Shown piece by piece: positions 53,531 through 64,000 of a stretch of 64,000 bases of DNA; position 1 is the first letter of the stretch, and each line of letters starts with the position of its first letter. Position numbers and translations under genes: made by a program. This DNA is from Lingula anatina (taxonomy: Eukaryota; Animalia; Brachiopoda), in NCBI GenBank assembly GCA_051362555.1, contig CM120645.1, forward strand, positions 17,608,001 to 17,672,000, given 5' to 3'. The notes beneath the pieces are model-generated. The model did no database searches. It saw only the letters and a list, made by a program, of their open reading frames with translations, and was not told where the DNA came from.

Positions 53531-54980
53531 GAATGACTTCAAGCCCCCACCAAAGTGCTCTTTTGATGGCGATGTTAGCCAGAATTGGAGGGAATGGAAA
53601 CAAATGTTCCAACTCTTTCTGGTAGCCAAAGAAGCAGTGGAGAAAACAGACGCCACAAAAATCGCCATGTTACTCACGTGCATGGGACCGGAGGGAGTAA
53701 AACGTTTCAACCAGTTTAACTGGAACGAAGCAGGTGATAAAGAAAGTTACGAGAAAGTTTTAGATAAATTTGACACTGAACTGTGCGGTGAGAAGAGGAT
53801 CGTTTTTAATAGATTCAGCTTTTGGAACTTAAAGCGAGACTCTATGCCTTTTGACGATTACCTGGTAAAGGTCAAGGCCATTGCGGCAAAGTGTGATTTT
53901 GCTGAGACCGACAACATGGTAAGGGACAAAATAGTGTTTACACAGGACAAAAGGCTGCAGGAAAGACTCTTGAGGGAGAAAAATTTGGACCTCGAGAAAA
54001 CTATAGACATTTGCCGGGCGGCGGAGATCACAAAGCAGGAAGTTGACTCTATGTCTGGGCTCGCACGTGGTGCCGCAGCTGCAACTTCCAGTGTATCCAT
54101 GATACAGAAGGGTAAGAGACAACCCTCAACGAAGTTTTCTCAGAAGAAAGATAATCGACACACCAAGTTATGCACACGTTGTAAGAGAATCCATGGTCCA
54201 AATCTGCACACAGACTGCCCTGCCTGGGGACGGACATGTTACAAGTGTAAAGGTAACAACCACTTCAAAAGTTGTTGTAGAGCTACTGTAAATGTCCATG
54301 AATTAAGTAATGATGATAACAGTGCAGTTCAACACAGTGATGAGTGTTTTATGGGAACAATAGAGCTGAGTATAGGCAGTGTGTCTAGGAATGAAGATCA
54401 GTGTGCATGGTTTGAAAATGTAAAGGTAGCTGACTCTCATATTAGAATGAAGATAGACACAGGTGCAGAAACCAGCTCCATACCCCAGAAAATATGGAGA
54501 AAGATAGCAGGTAGTCCCAAACTAGAACAATCTCATACCATACTTAAAGCGTTTGGTGGTGCAGCGGTAGAGCACATTGGCAGAGCAAAAGTAGATATGA
54601 GCATGTCAAATGGACGTAAAACCATTGGAGAAGTGTTTGTTACAAAACAAAAAACAGTGCCAGTGCTGGGACTGCAAGCTTGCATTGCTCTAGGTCTTGT
54701 TTCAGTGGAAAAACAAAGGAATCTTGATTCAGTAACTGCTTCAATTACAAAAGATTCAATAGAAAAGGGATCTTATAAAAGTGCTTTCACAGGCCTGGGA
54801 AAGTTCCCTGGGCAGTATCACATCTCATTGAAGCAGGGTGCCAAGGGTCACATTGCTCCTACACACAGGGTTCCACAGAAGTTGATAGCCCCATTGAGAA
54901 ATAAACTTGAAGAAATGGAGAGACAAGGAGTTATTGAGAAGGTGGATCACCCCACAGATTTATTAGCAATATTGTCATAA
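53529..54980 (+). CDS. gag: Gag plus aspartic protease and start of RT (ends after a frameshift at ~54960)
   Basis: NWREWKQMF, MVRDKIV, LDLEKTIDICRAAE, two zinc knuckles (CTRCKRIH...C; CYKCKGNNHFKSCC), protease IDTGAETS and RT N-terminus LEEMERQGVIEKV. Confidence 0.9.
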   Translation: MNDFKPPPKCSFDGDVSQNWREWKQMFQLFLVAKEAVEKTDATKIAMLLTCMGPEGVKRFNQFNWNEAGDKESYEKVLDKFDTELCGEKRIVFNRFSFWNLKRDSMPFDDYLVKVKAIAAKCDFAETDNMVRDKIVFTQDKRLQERLLREKNLDLEKTIDICRAAEITKQEVDSMSGLARGAAAATSSVSMIQKGKRQPSTKFSQKKDNRHTKLCTRCKRIHGPNLHTDCPAWGRTCYKCKGNNHFKSCCRATVNVHELSNDDNSAVQHSDECFMGTIELSIGSVSRNEDQCAWFENVKVADSHIRMKIDTGAETSSIPQKIWRKIAGSPKLEQSHTILKAFGGAAVEHIGRAKVDMSMSNGRKTIGEVFVTKQKTVPVLGLQACIALGLVSVEKQRNLDSVTASITKDSIEKGSYKSAFTGLGKFPGQYHISLKQGAKGHIAPTHRVPQKLIAPLRNKLEEMERQGVIEKVDHPTDLLAILS

Positions 54981-56647
54981 CAGAGAAGAAAGACGGTTCC
55001 ATAAGGTTGTGCCTCAACCCCCAACATCTCAACAAAGAGATAAGAAGAGAACATTTCAATATGCCAACATTCGAATCAGTAGCAGCGCAGATAGGAGGAA
55101 GTAAAGTCTTCACTATCATCGATCTCAAGGATTCCTACTACCAAGTGGAATTAGATGACTCCAGTTCAGAACTTACTACTTTTTCCACACCTTTTGGACG
55201 CTATAAATTTAGACGAATGCCATTTGGAATTACGAGTGCTGCGGATATTTTGCAGAAAAATGTTTACCGTGTCTTTGGGGACATTAGAAATACATACGCT
55301 ATAGCAGATGACATTCTCATAGCAACAGAGACAGTTGAGGAACACGATCAAATCCTGGGAGAAGTGATCAAACGTGCCATGGAGAACAATGTTCGCTTTA
55401 ATGCCAAGAAAACCCAATTGAAACAAAGCAGTGTATCATATTTTGGGATGATTGTTGGAGCGCAAGGAATCCGACCAGACCCGGAGAAGATTCGCTCAAT
55501 TCTGGAAATGCCAGACCCAACTGATACTGAGGGAGTGAAGCGTTTAACAGGAATGTTGAATTTCCTATCACCTTTTATTCCAAATAAGTCTGCTACCATG
55601 AGTCCAATCAGCAATTTGTTGAAAGCTGGAGTACCTTGGAATTGGGGACCAGAGCAGAAAGCTGCCATGCAACAAATAAAGGATGTACTCTCAGAAGAAC
55701 CAGTGCTGAAGTTGTTTGAGCCAGCCAAGCCAGTGACAATACAAGCAGACGCGTCATCTACAGGATTAGGTGCATGTCTATTACAAGATGGTCAACCTAT
55801 TGCTTATGCCTCGCGTGCATTAACTGATACTGAGACAAGATATGCACAGAACGAGAAGGAACTTTTAGCTATTTTGTATGCAGCAACAAAGTTTCACCAT
55901 TATATTTATGGCAATGAGGTTATGGTGGAGAGTGATCACAAACCTCTAGAGGCAATTATAAGGAAACCACTACACCAGGTGTCTCCTAGAATGCAAATGA
56001 TGTTGTTAAAATTGATGAAATACAATCTATGTGTGACATATGTACCAGGTTCAAAGTTGTACATTGCAGACACGCTGTCACGTGCGTATGTTGATGACAC
56101 ATCCAAGGAGAGCATAGATTCTCAGTTAGAAGAGGGACAGTACAGGATTCATACTGTTACTCAGTATTTGCCAGCATCCACGCACAGGATTCAGGAACTT
56201 CGAGATGCTACTCAGAGTGACCGCAGCCTCCAGCTGGTCCGTAACCATATTGTGAATGGTTGGCCTCAGCATAAGTCTTCCCTAGCACCAGAAATTCAGG
56301 CATATTGGAATTTAAGGGGACAAATGCATGTGGAGGAAGGACTGATATATGCTGGAGAGCGACTTATAATTCCTGTTGCCATGAGACAAGAAATGTTTGT
56401 TACACTCCATGAAGGACATGCCGGCAGTGAAAAGTGCAAAGCACGAGCCTCTGAAATTATGTATTGGCCGAATATCAACAAGGACATAGAGACAAAGATT
56501 GCTGATTGCCCAGTATATGCCACATATGCGCGTCAGAATCCCAAGGAACCAATGATTCCACATTCTTTGCCAACTCGTCCATGGTCAAAGCTGGGTTCAG
56601 ATATATTTGAGTTTGCAGGTCATGATTACTTGTTGATAGTTGATTAT
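54962..56647 (+). CDS. pol: Pol: reverse transcriptase, RNase H and integrase N-terminus (interrupted at 56647)
   Basis: IDLKDSYYQV, RMPFGITSA, IADDILI, QADASSTGLG, YAQNEKELLA, SDHKPL, ADTLSR, HEGHAG...CPVY (last zinc-finger Cys lost) and GSDIFEF...LLIVDY. Confidence 0.92.
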
Positions 56648-59414
56648 TGTACCACCAGCGTTAGCGCTGGTGGTACACATGGTTTCGGTCCCGTCCCGAT
56701 CGTTCCGCCGGCTCTGCCGGCTCCTCCGGTTCCGCCGGCTCCGCCGGACGTCTACCGTTACCGCTTCTCCTCCTAGACGGTGAGGGCCCCCGTACCCATC
56801 TCTTGCATTTAGGTCACCTATAATCTCAACTCGTTCCACGTAAAATTTGGGCTTTGTCGGTATTGGGGTCTGGGTGTGGCACTCATTGCAATGCACCCTT
56901 GTCCAAAAATGGCAAAATTAAATGCTAATTATCTACCCTACGGAAGGGGTTATGGGAAAAATTTCTACAGACGGCTTTTTAAAAGTCATATGTGTAGATT
57001 TCAAATATGCCCTTGGCTTTGACCTTTGACATTTACTTCAAGGTCAAACAGGCCAAAATTTTTAAAAAAATAAAATTTTTTACGAAAAAAGTTTTTTTTG
57101 CCCTGTTATTCAGACACCACACAGACTTAACCAATAATATTATTGGAAAGTGTTACCCTTCAGGTCATCTTTCATCTCCGTGAATTTGGGGTCAATCGGT
57201 GCATTTTCACGGGAGTAGCGGCCTTAAGATGCCGAAACTGAAAACTGTCTCTAATTCGGGAACCGTTAATGCTAGAGACCCATTCTTTTTTGCATTTTGT
57301 AGAGCATGTAAAGCCCAACACTGAGAGTGGTCTCCGTTTTTTTGTATTCCAAACGGTTTTCGAGTTACGCTATCAAAAAGTACATATTGGTGGTGAAAGC
57401 AAAATGTGCAGTACGGTATAGTCAGGTGGCTATGTCCAAATTTTATCCAGAATTGTGCAATAGATGATAAAAGCATGAAACTTTCCACGATGAATGACCA
57501 TTGGGTGTTCGTCTATTTTGAATCGGGGGGTTGACAAACACCCAATGGTCATTCATTGTGGAAAATTTCATGCTTTTATCATCTTTTGCACAATTCTGGA
57601 TAACATTTGGACTTAGCCGCCTGACTACTTTTCACCATGAACTAAACTTTGCATATTTTGCTTCCCTTTTTTCTCCCAAACTGGCAGAGATAGGTCCATA
57701 GTTACTATTGAACTTGAATAGGAAGTCATATACTGGCAATCTAAATGTGACCTTGAAATTGACCTTTGACCTACTTTTCACCATGAACTAATCTTTGCAA
57801 ATTTTGTACCCTTTTATCTCCAAAACTGGCAGAGATAGGTCTATAGTTACTATTGAACTTGAATAGGAAGTCATATACTGGCAATCTAAATGTGACCTTG
57901 AAATTGACCTTTGACCTACTTTTCACCATGAACTGAACTTTGCAAATTTTGCTGCCCTTTTATCTCCCAAACTGGCAGAGATAGGTCCATAGTTACCATT
58001 GAACTTGAATGGGAAGTCATATACTGGCAATCCAAATGTGACCTTGAAATTGACCTTTGACCTACTATTCACCTTGAACTGAACTTTGCAAATTTTGCTG
58101 CCCTTTTATCTCTAAATCTGGCAGAGAAAGGTCCAAAGTTACTATTGAACTTGAATAGGAAGTCATACACTGGCAATCTAAATGTGACCTTGAAATTGAC
58201 CTTTGACCTACTTTTCACCATGAACTGAATTTTGCAAATTTTGTTTCATTATCTCCAAAACTGGCAGAGGTAGGTCCATACTTACTATTGAACTTGAATA
58301 GGAAGTCATACACTGGCAATCTAAATGTGACCTTGAAATTGACCTTTGACCTACTTTTCACCATGAACTGAACTTTCCAAATTTTGCTTCCCTTTTATCT
58401 CCAAAACTGGCAGAGATAGGTCCATAGTTACTATTGAACTTGAATAGGAAGTCATACACTGGCAATCTAAATGTGACCTTAAAATTGACCTTTGACCTAC
58501 TTTTCACCATGAACTGAACATTCCAAATTTTGCTTCCCTTTTATCTCCAAAACTGGCAGAGATAGGTCCATAGTTACTATTGAACTTGAATAGGAAGTCA
58601 TATACTGGCAATCTAAATATGACCTTGAATTGACCTTTGACCTACATTTCACCATGAATTGAACTTTGCAAATTTTGCTTTCCTTTTATCTCCCAAACTG
58701 GCAGAGATAGGTCCATAGTTACTATTGAACTAGAATAGGAAGTCATATACTGGCAATCTTAATGTGACCTTGAAATTGACCTTTGACCTACTTTTCACCA
58801 TGAACGGAACTTTGCAAATTTTGTTTCCCTTTCATATCCAAAACTGGCAGAGATAGGTCCAAAGTTACTATTGAAGTTGAATAGGAAGTCATATACCGGC
58901 AATCTTAATTTGACCTTAAAATTGACCTTTGACCTACTTTTCACCATGAACTGAACTTTGCAAATTTTGCTTCCCTTTTATCTCCAAAACTTGCAGAGAT
59001 AGGTCCATAGTTACTATTGAAGTTGAATAGGAAGCCATACACTGGCAATCTTTATGTGACCTTAAAATTGACCTTTGACCTACTTTTCACCATGAACTGA
59101 ACTTTGCAAATTTTGCTTCCCTTTTATCTCCCAAACTGGCAGAGATAGGTCCAAAGTTACTATTGAACTAGAATAGGAAGTCATATACTGGCAATCTTAA
59201 TGTGACATTGACCTTTGACCTACCTTTTGATGAACTTTTGATATATTTTTTTGCATATTTTGAAAATTCTTGTTGATTGCATTTTTACAGCTTGTCAAGC
59301 AAAAGACTGGTGGCTGTGTCCCTTATTTTGTGTATGTGGGGGTCTATACGAATGCGCTTGCTCCAGCTGGTGGTACAATATTTGGAGGCGGCATCGCCTC
59401 TCTGATCCTCTAGT
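56648..59414 (+). mobile_element. Non-autonomous Helentron/HINE family A, both termini intact, inserted in the integrase
   Basis: 5' hairpin tgtaccaccagcg-ttag-cgctggtggtaca, GC microsatellite-like tract, ~11 x 146-bp cores (57628-59225), 3' subterminal gctggtggtacaa, stem-loop gaggcg-gcat-cgcctc and CTAG. Excision restores GAT TAT TAT TCA AAG (DYYSK) with no TSD. Confidence 0.92.
57419..57627. mobile_element. 209-bp palindromic MITE inside HINE-A
   Basis: ~95-bp arms tagtcaggtggctatgtccaaa...cattgggtgtt / aacacccaatg...tttggacttagccgcctgacta; absent from the 4851-7950 copy. Confidence 0.88.
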
Positions 59415-60233
59415 TATTCAAAGTTTCCTGAAGTTGTCAAGCTGCAAAACAAAACAGCAGCTGGTGTTATTGCAGCAATGAAACCAGTGTTTTCAAGGCA
59501 TGGTATTCCAGATACCTTAGTTAGTGATAATATGCCTTACAATAGTGCTATTTTTAAGCAGTTTGCGAAAGAGTGGGGATTCACTTGTGTTTATACTAGT
59601 CCCACTTATGCTCAGTCTAATGGTCAAAGTGAGCGATTTGTGCAGTCAATTAAAGGAATGCTTAAGAAAGCACAAGCAGAGGGTAAAGATCCTCACATAG
59701 CTTTGTTAGAATACAGAAATACACCTTTAGCTGGTATAGGTTCATCACCAGCTCAATTGTTAATGAGTAGGAGGTTAAAAGATAAATTGCCTACTACAAA
59801 TAATTTGCTGCGACCAATGGTGGTAAATGATGCACAGTCAAAGCTGCGCACGCGTCAGCAAAAGCAGAAATTCTATTATGATAGAAGTGCTAAATATCAT
59901 CAGTCATTTAATGTGGGTGATAGTGTTCGTGTGAATTTAGGACAAAATTGGGAACATGCCAGAGTGACGGATATTCATAATACGCCGAGGTCATATGAGG
60001 TGACTGCTCCGGATGGACATTCATATCGTAGAAACCAACGCATGATAAACAAGTCTCCTGACACGGTGCCTGAGTCGCATGTTATGGACACTGAACCATC
60101 AGATACTAGTATGAGTAAAACAGTGCACCAGAACAATGAAACTGGAAAACAAATTGCTCAGCCACAAATGTGTAGGCGTAGTACTCGGGAGAGACATCCG
60201 CCTAAGTGGCAAGCAGATTATGAAATGAAGTGA
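59415..60233 (+). CDS. pol: Integrase core and C-terminus (continuation of pol)
   Basis: YSKFPEV...FSRHGIPDTLVSDN...SPTYAQSNGQSERFVQ...LLEYRNTP...SPAQLLMSR...PRSYEV...YRRNQR. Confidence 0.92.
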   Translation, partial: YSKFPEVVKLQNKTAAGVIAAMKPVFSRHGIPDTLVSDNMPYNSAIFKQFAKEWGFTCVYTSPTYAQSNGQSERFVQSIKGMLKKAQAEGKDPHIALLEYRNTPLAGIGSSPAQLLMSRRLKDKLPTTNNLLRPMVVNDAQSKLRTRQQKQKFYYDRSAKYHQSFNVGDSVRVNLGQNWEHARVTDIHNTPRSYEVTAPDGHSYRRNQRMINKSPDTVPESHVMDTEPSDTSMSKTVHQNNETGKQIAQPQMCRRSTRERHPPKWQADYEMK

Positions 60234-60611
60234 CTGCATGTTTATTTGTTGTTATATTAAAAAAAAAAAACTTGTTGATTGTACACAGTGCCTGTAACCC
60301 ATTTAAATGTCTGTATGTAAGAAAGATACTGTTAAAAAGTATTGCGTTGACTTTATGCACTCAGGAAGATTAACATTGACTGTTTACTAGAGGAGACATG
60401 TTGTGTTTAATGTTATTGCATTAATTATAAAATGCATTTTGCTAATCAAAGACAATCATAACAGAACTTTTACTTTTATTTGTATTTTATTACTTTAACT
60501 AAGGTAGTAATACAATGTTTAAGCATGTGTATCACATTTTGTAGATAGACATAAGTAATTGGTAAGTGATTGTCTGTATGTTAATTAGTTTTTTCCTTTA
60601 AAAGGGGGGGA

Positions 60612-60742
60612 TGTCACATAGTGGTGCGTCATGCACATTATGTAATATTATCCAATTAGAATAAAGCGCGGCTGTGTGCTGCAGTTGAGTAATTACTGAC
60701 AACGTGTCGTCTGGTGTGTGCTCCTCCGCTCGTAACATTACA
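60612..60742 (+). repeat. 3' LTR
   Basis: Copy of 53382-53512, preceded by a polypurine tract and followed by TSD cttag. Confidence 0.95.
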
Positions 60743-61329
60743 CTTAGTATTACCATTGCTCCTTTCCATGCGCTGAAGCTGTAACAATTAACAACCGATT
60801 GGTGTCTATGGCGCATGTACAGATAGCCTTTATTGGCGATTAGCGTCCTCACCTAACTGTGCGCCGGTCGGTGTCTTCGAAGTCAGCTTCGAGGTCAGGT
60901 TCTGCCTTCACTGCAGAAGCTGGCCTCAGCATTACGGCCTCTCTCTGCTGTGCAGGGAGGCCACTATGACCGCAGATCGATATGTACAGTGCAGAGGTAG
61001 CCTTTACCACAGCAGTCAAACTGTGTATTACAGTCTCTGTCCACCATGCACTGCAACCAAGATAACTGCTGATTGTTGTCTACAATCAAATATACTTGGT
61101 CGGGGGGGGGGGGGGGGGGGGGGGGGGTACCTCTAGGTGCAGGGCTCGATATCCATGGTTGTGTGGTTGCCTTTTACAACCACTTTTATATTTTTTTTGC
61201 TCAGGCAACCCAATCTTGACCAGCAGCTGTCCGACAACACAACTGATTTCCTGGCACATACCTTGTAGATGCGTCAATGTACACATTTGAAAAGTCTGTA
61301 CGTTTTGTCATTTAAACCATCTTCAAACA

Positions 61330-61800
61330 AACACGTGAGTGATAGGTAATCTAGATGAAACCCAAAAGGCAATTTTCATATTTGTTACCAATCCAAGCAA
61401 GACAGAAAGGCCATTTTCATATTCATTTAAGGGACTGGAAGATCGTTAATGGGAGATTGTGAGCGATCTGAGTGTGATGATAAGGCAATTTCCATACTAG
61501 TTCAAGGGACTTCGTTACTGTATTTGTTTGCAAGAGATCATCAACATTCTGAGCAAGCCTATTAGTTTGGACATTTTGTCCATGCTAGAAGGCAATTTTC
61601 ATATAGTCAGTGGGAAATGGTTAGCGATCCTAGCGAGACGAGAAGGCAATTTTTATATTTGTTCCAAGGACTTTGTTAGCGGAAGATCGTCACCAGGAGA
61701 TCAACAGCGATTTGAGCAAAACGAGAAGTCAGTTTTCATATTTGTTCAAGGGACTTCATAAGCGGGAGATCGTGAACGATCCCAGCGAGATAAGAAAACA
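61330..61800. repeat. Degenerate ~70-90-bp tandem repeats (probable TE subterminal region)
   Basis: Recurrent gcgat...aaggcaattttcatatt...caagggact motifs. Confidence 0.5.
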
Positions 61801-62359
61801 ATAGTGGTAATCTTGCAGTTCTTAATTGCTTCTTTTGTTCTGTTACAGAAGTGCCTACTGTTGACAATGCTATTGTGCGCCTCAGCAAAACTACTGATTG
61901 CTATCTCACACCGAGTACTCGGGTAAAGAATAGACTGTGACAGTGCAACTCATTATTGATTCTCCTGTTATCTTAATGAATGGTGATGACGATGTTGTTT
62001 AGCATCCTAAGCTAACTGTACCGATCGTTATCTTGCACCTGGGGCTACACACGTAGTACTCAGGTAAAGGTACGCTAGGGCAACATTGTTGACTGTTAGA
62101 TCTTTATGAGCGCAAAAATAGCCCGATGGCTGATTTTAATGTGTACGTAATTCACGAAAATCAAGATCGCACAAACTTGCTTACTGGTCGAAATTCATGG
62201 TCCATAAAAAACTCCAGACGACCGATTTTAAAATTGTTACAAATTTAAGAGCTGTTCGAAATTCATGGCACATTACCGTAAGATGAACCACTGTATGTAG
62301 AATTTGTAGCATTCTAATGGGTAGATAGTGAGTTATTGCAGAGCATAGATTGTGGAAAC

Positions 62360-62542
62360 CAGTTCAGAATGTCTCAGTATTGTCTGCAGAGCACCATTCT
62401 GTACTATTCCTATCTCAGCAATTTTCTTAATGATCATATAAAAATGACTGTTAATTAATTATTTTATGTAAAAAAGTGTTGAAAAGTCATTTCAGTATAG
62501 TTATCTCTTGTTGTCTGTACATTTGACAATTTTGCTGCCTTG
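62360..62542 (+). mobile_element. Internally deleted 3' remnant of HINE family B
   Basis: Ends tgtctgtacatttgacaattttgctgccttg|tttt, matching the reverse complement of 16686-16720. The upstream part matches 17190-17360. Confidence 0.65.
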
Positions 62543-63009
62543 TTTTAGCATTGTTGAAAAGAATTTTGGTGTTTGTATATTTATCAGCTTTGTTCTCTAG
62601 TTTTAATTATTTTCTTTCATGACAAATAAGTTTTAATTATTTTATTTCTTTGAATTTTAGTGTTAGGAAATAGATATGGTATATTGTCAAAAAAGGAGAA
62701 GATGGACTTAGAGAACTGATATGATACACTGTAAGATGTGCTATCCAGGAAGATTGCAGCTTCATGCAGTCACCCCATACTACTGTTATCTGATGTGCTT
62801 TACAAAATGTGGCTGCCCAAAGCATCCCAAACCACTGTATAACCTGTAGAATAGATCAAGGTCATGAGGGCAGGCAAGTAAGAAAATCATTTTGGTCACT
62901 TTACCACCTTATAATGCCAGATAAAACTTTGCTGCATATTGTATTCAATTTGGTATCTCTTGTTGTATTATGAAAATTTATTGAGCATTTAAACAACAAC
63001 AATTGCCGG

Positions 63010-64000
63010 AAAGACATTGAACATTGTGACGTCAACAATTGCTGTTGTATTATGGGAAGACATTGAACATTGTGAAGTCAACAATTGCTGTTGTATTATG
63101 GGAAGACATTAAACATTGTGACATCAACAATTGCTGTTGTATTATGGAAAGACATTGAACATTGTGAAGTCAACAATTGTTCTTGTATTATGGGAATTCA
63201 GACATTGGACATTGTGACATCAACAATTGCCCTTGTATTATGGGAAAACATTGAACACTGTGACATCAACAATTGCTGTTGTATTATGGGAAAACATTGA
63301 ACATTGTGACAAAATTGCTGTTGTATTATGGGAAGACATTGAACATTGTGACATCAACAATTGCTGTTGTATTATGGAAAGACATTGAACATTGTGACGT
63401 CAACAATTGCTGTTGTATGATGGGAAGACATTGAACATTGTGACGTCAACAATTGCTGTTGTATTGTGGGAAGACATTGAACATTGTGACATCAACAATT
63501 GCTGTTGTATTGTGGGAAGACATTGAACATTGTGACATCAACAATTGCTGTTGTATTGTGAGAAGACATTGAACATTGTAACATCAACAATTGCTGTTGT
63601 TTTATGGGAAGACATTGAACATTGTGACATCAACAGTTGCTCTTTTATTTTGGGAAGACATTGAATATTGTGACATCAACAATTGCTGTTGTTTTATGGA
63701 AAGACATTGAACATTGTGATGTCAACAATTGCTGTTGTTTTATGGAAAGACATTGAACATTGTGACATCAACAATTGCTGTTGTATTATGGGAAGACATT
63801 GAACATTGTGACATCAACAATTGCTGTTGCTTTATGGAAAGACAGTGAACATTGTGACATCAACAATTGGTGTTGTATTATGAGAAGACATTGAACATTG
63901 TGATGTCAACAATTGCTGTTGTTTTATGGAAAGACATTGAACATTGTGACATGAACAATTGCTGTTGTATTGTGGGAAGACATTGAACATTGTGACATCA
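63010..64000. repeat. 46-bp satellite (>21 units, continues past the window)
   Basis: cattgaacattgtgacatcaacaattgctgttgtattatgggaaga head-to-tail with no unique spacers. Confidence 0.95.

Larger units (their letters stand above)
53382..60742 (+). mobile_element. Full-length Ty3/Gypsy LTR retrotransposon (Mag-like), inactivated
   Basis: 131-bp TG...CA LTRs (53382-53512, 60612-60742; 2 mismatches), 5-bp TSD cttag, PBS, PPT aaaagggggggA and domain order gag-PR-RT-RH-IN. Confidence 0.97.

Noticed and set aside
54950-54980. Programmed ribosomal frameshift between gag-pro and pol
   Set aside because: The shift falls inside RT where the conserved Trp of PTDW-x-S is expected (gat tt att agc), so a 1-nt deletion or sequencing error is more likely.
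56648-56776. Proline-rich C-terminal extension of Pol (PVPIVPPALPAPPVPPAPP)
   Set aside because: It is read-through into the inserted HINE-A microsatellite-like tract.
49727-62542. One giant ~12.8-kb HINE-B enclosing the Gypsy element
   Set aside because: The 62.4-kb remnant contains an internal segment that lies 5' of sequence already present at 50.7-51.0 kb, so the two are more likely separate copies.
62637-62843. Possible minus-strand exon after ctattctacag acceptor
   Set aside because: No recognisable protein similarity or partner exon; two of three frames stop early.
63010-64000. CRISPR array (46-bp unit with internal caaca...tgttg palindrome)
   Set aside because: The units are contiguous with no unique spacers; it is an ordinary satellite.

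Overview
AT-rich eukaryotic DNA (repeat types suggest an invertebrate animal; inference), almost entirely repeats and transposable elements, with no intact host gene evident. 1-22.7 kb is a higher-order tandem array: runs of a ~194-bp monomer alternate with a spacer carrying a splice-site-bounded, 255-nt exon-like cassette (12 copies). The array lies downstream of probable minus-strand exon remnants at 25.3-28.7 kb, including an intact Pro/Thr-rich 111-nt exon. At least three families of non-autonomous rolling-circle (Helentron/HINE, DINE-1/pearl-like) elements occur, two with internal 146- and 159-bp tandem arrays. 29.9-32.8 kb is an indel-free 30-bp G-rich minisatellite with ~1000-codon open frames on both strands. 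33-52 kb holds MITEs, two L2-type LINE fragments, a tRNA-Gly pseudogene and a CCCAG-ended TIR element containing a decayed LTR element. 53.4-60.7 kb is a young full-length Ty3/Gypsy (Mag-like) retrotransposon whose integrase is split by a HINE that itself carries a MITE. The window ends in a 46-bp satellite. All calls come from reading the sequence by eye; no searches were run.
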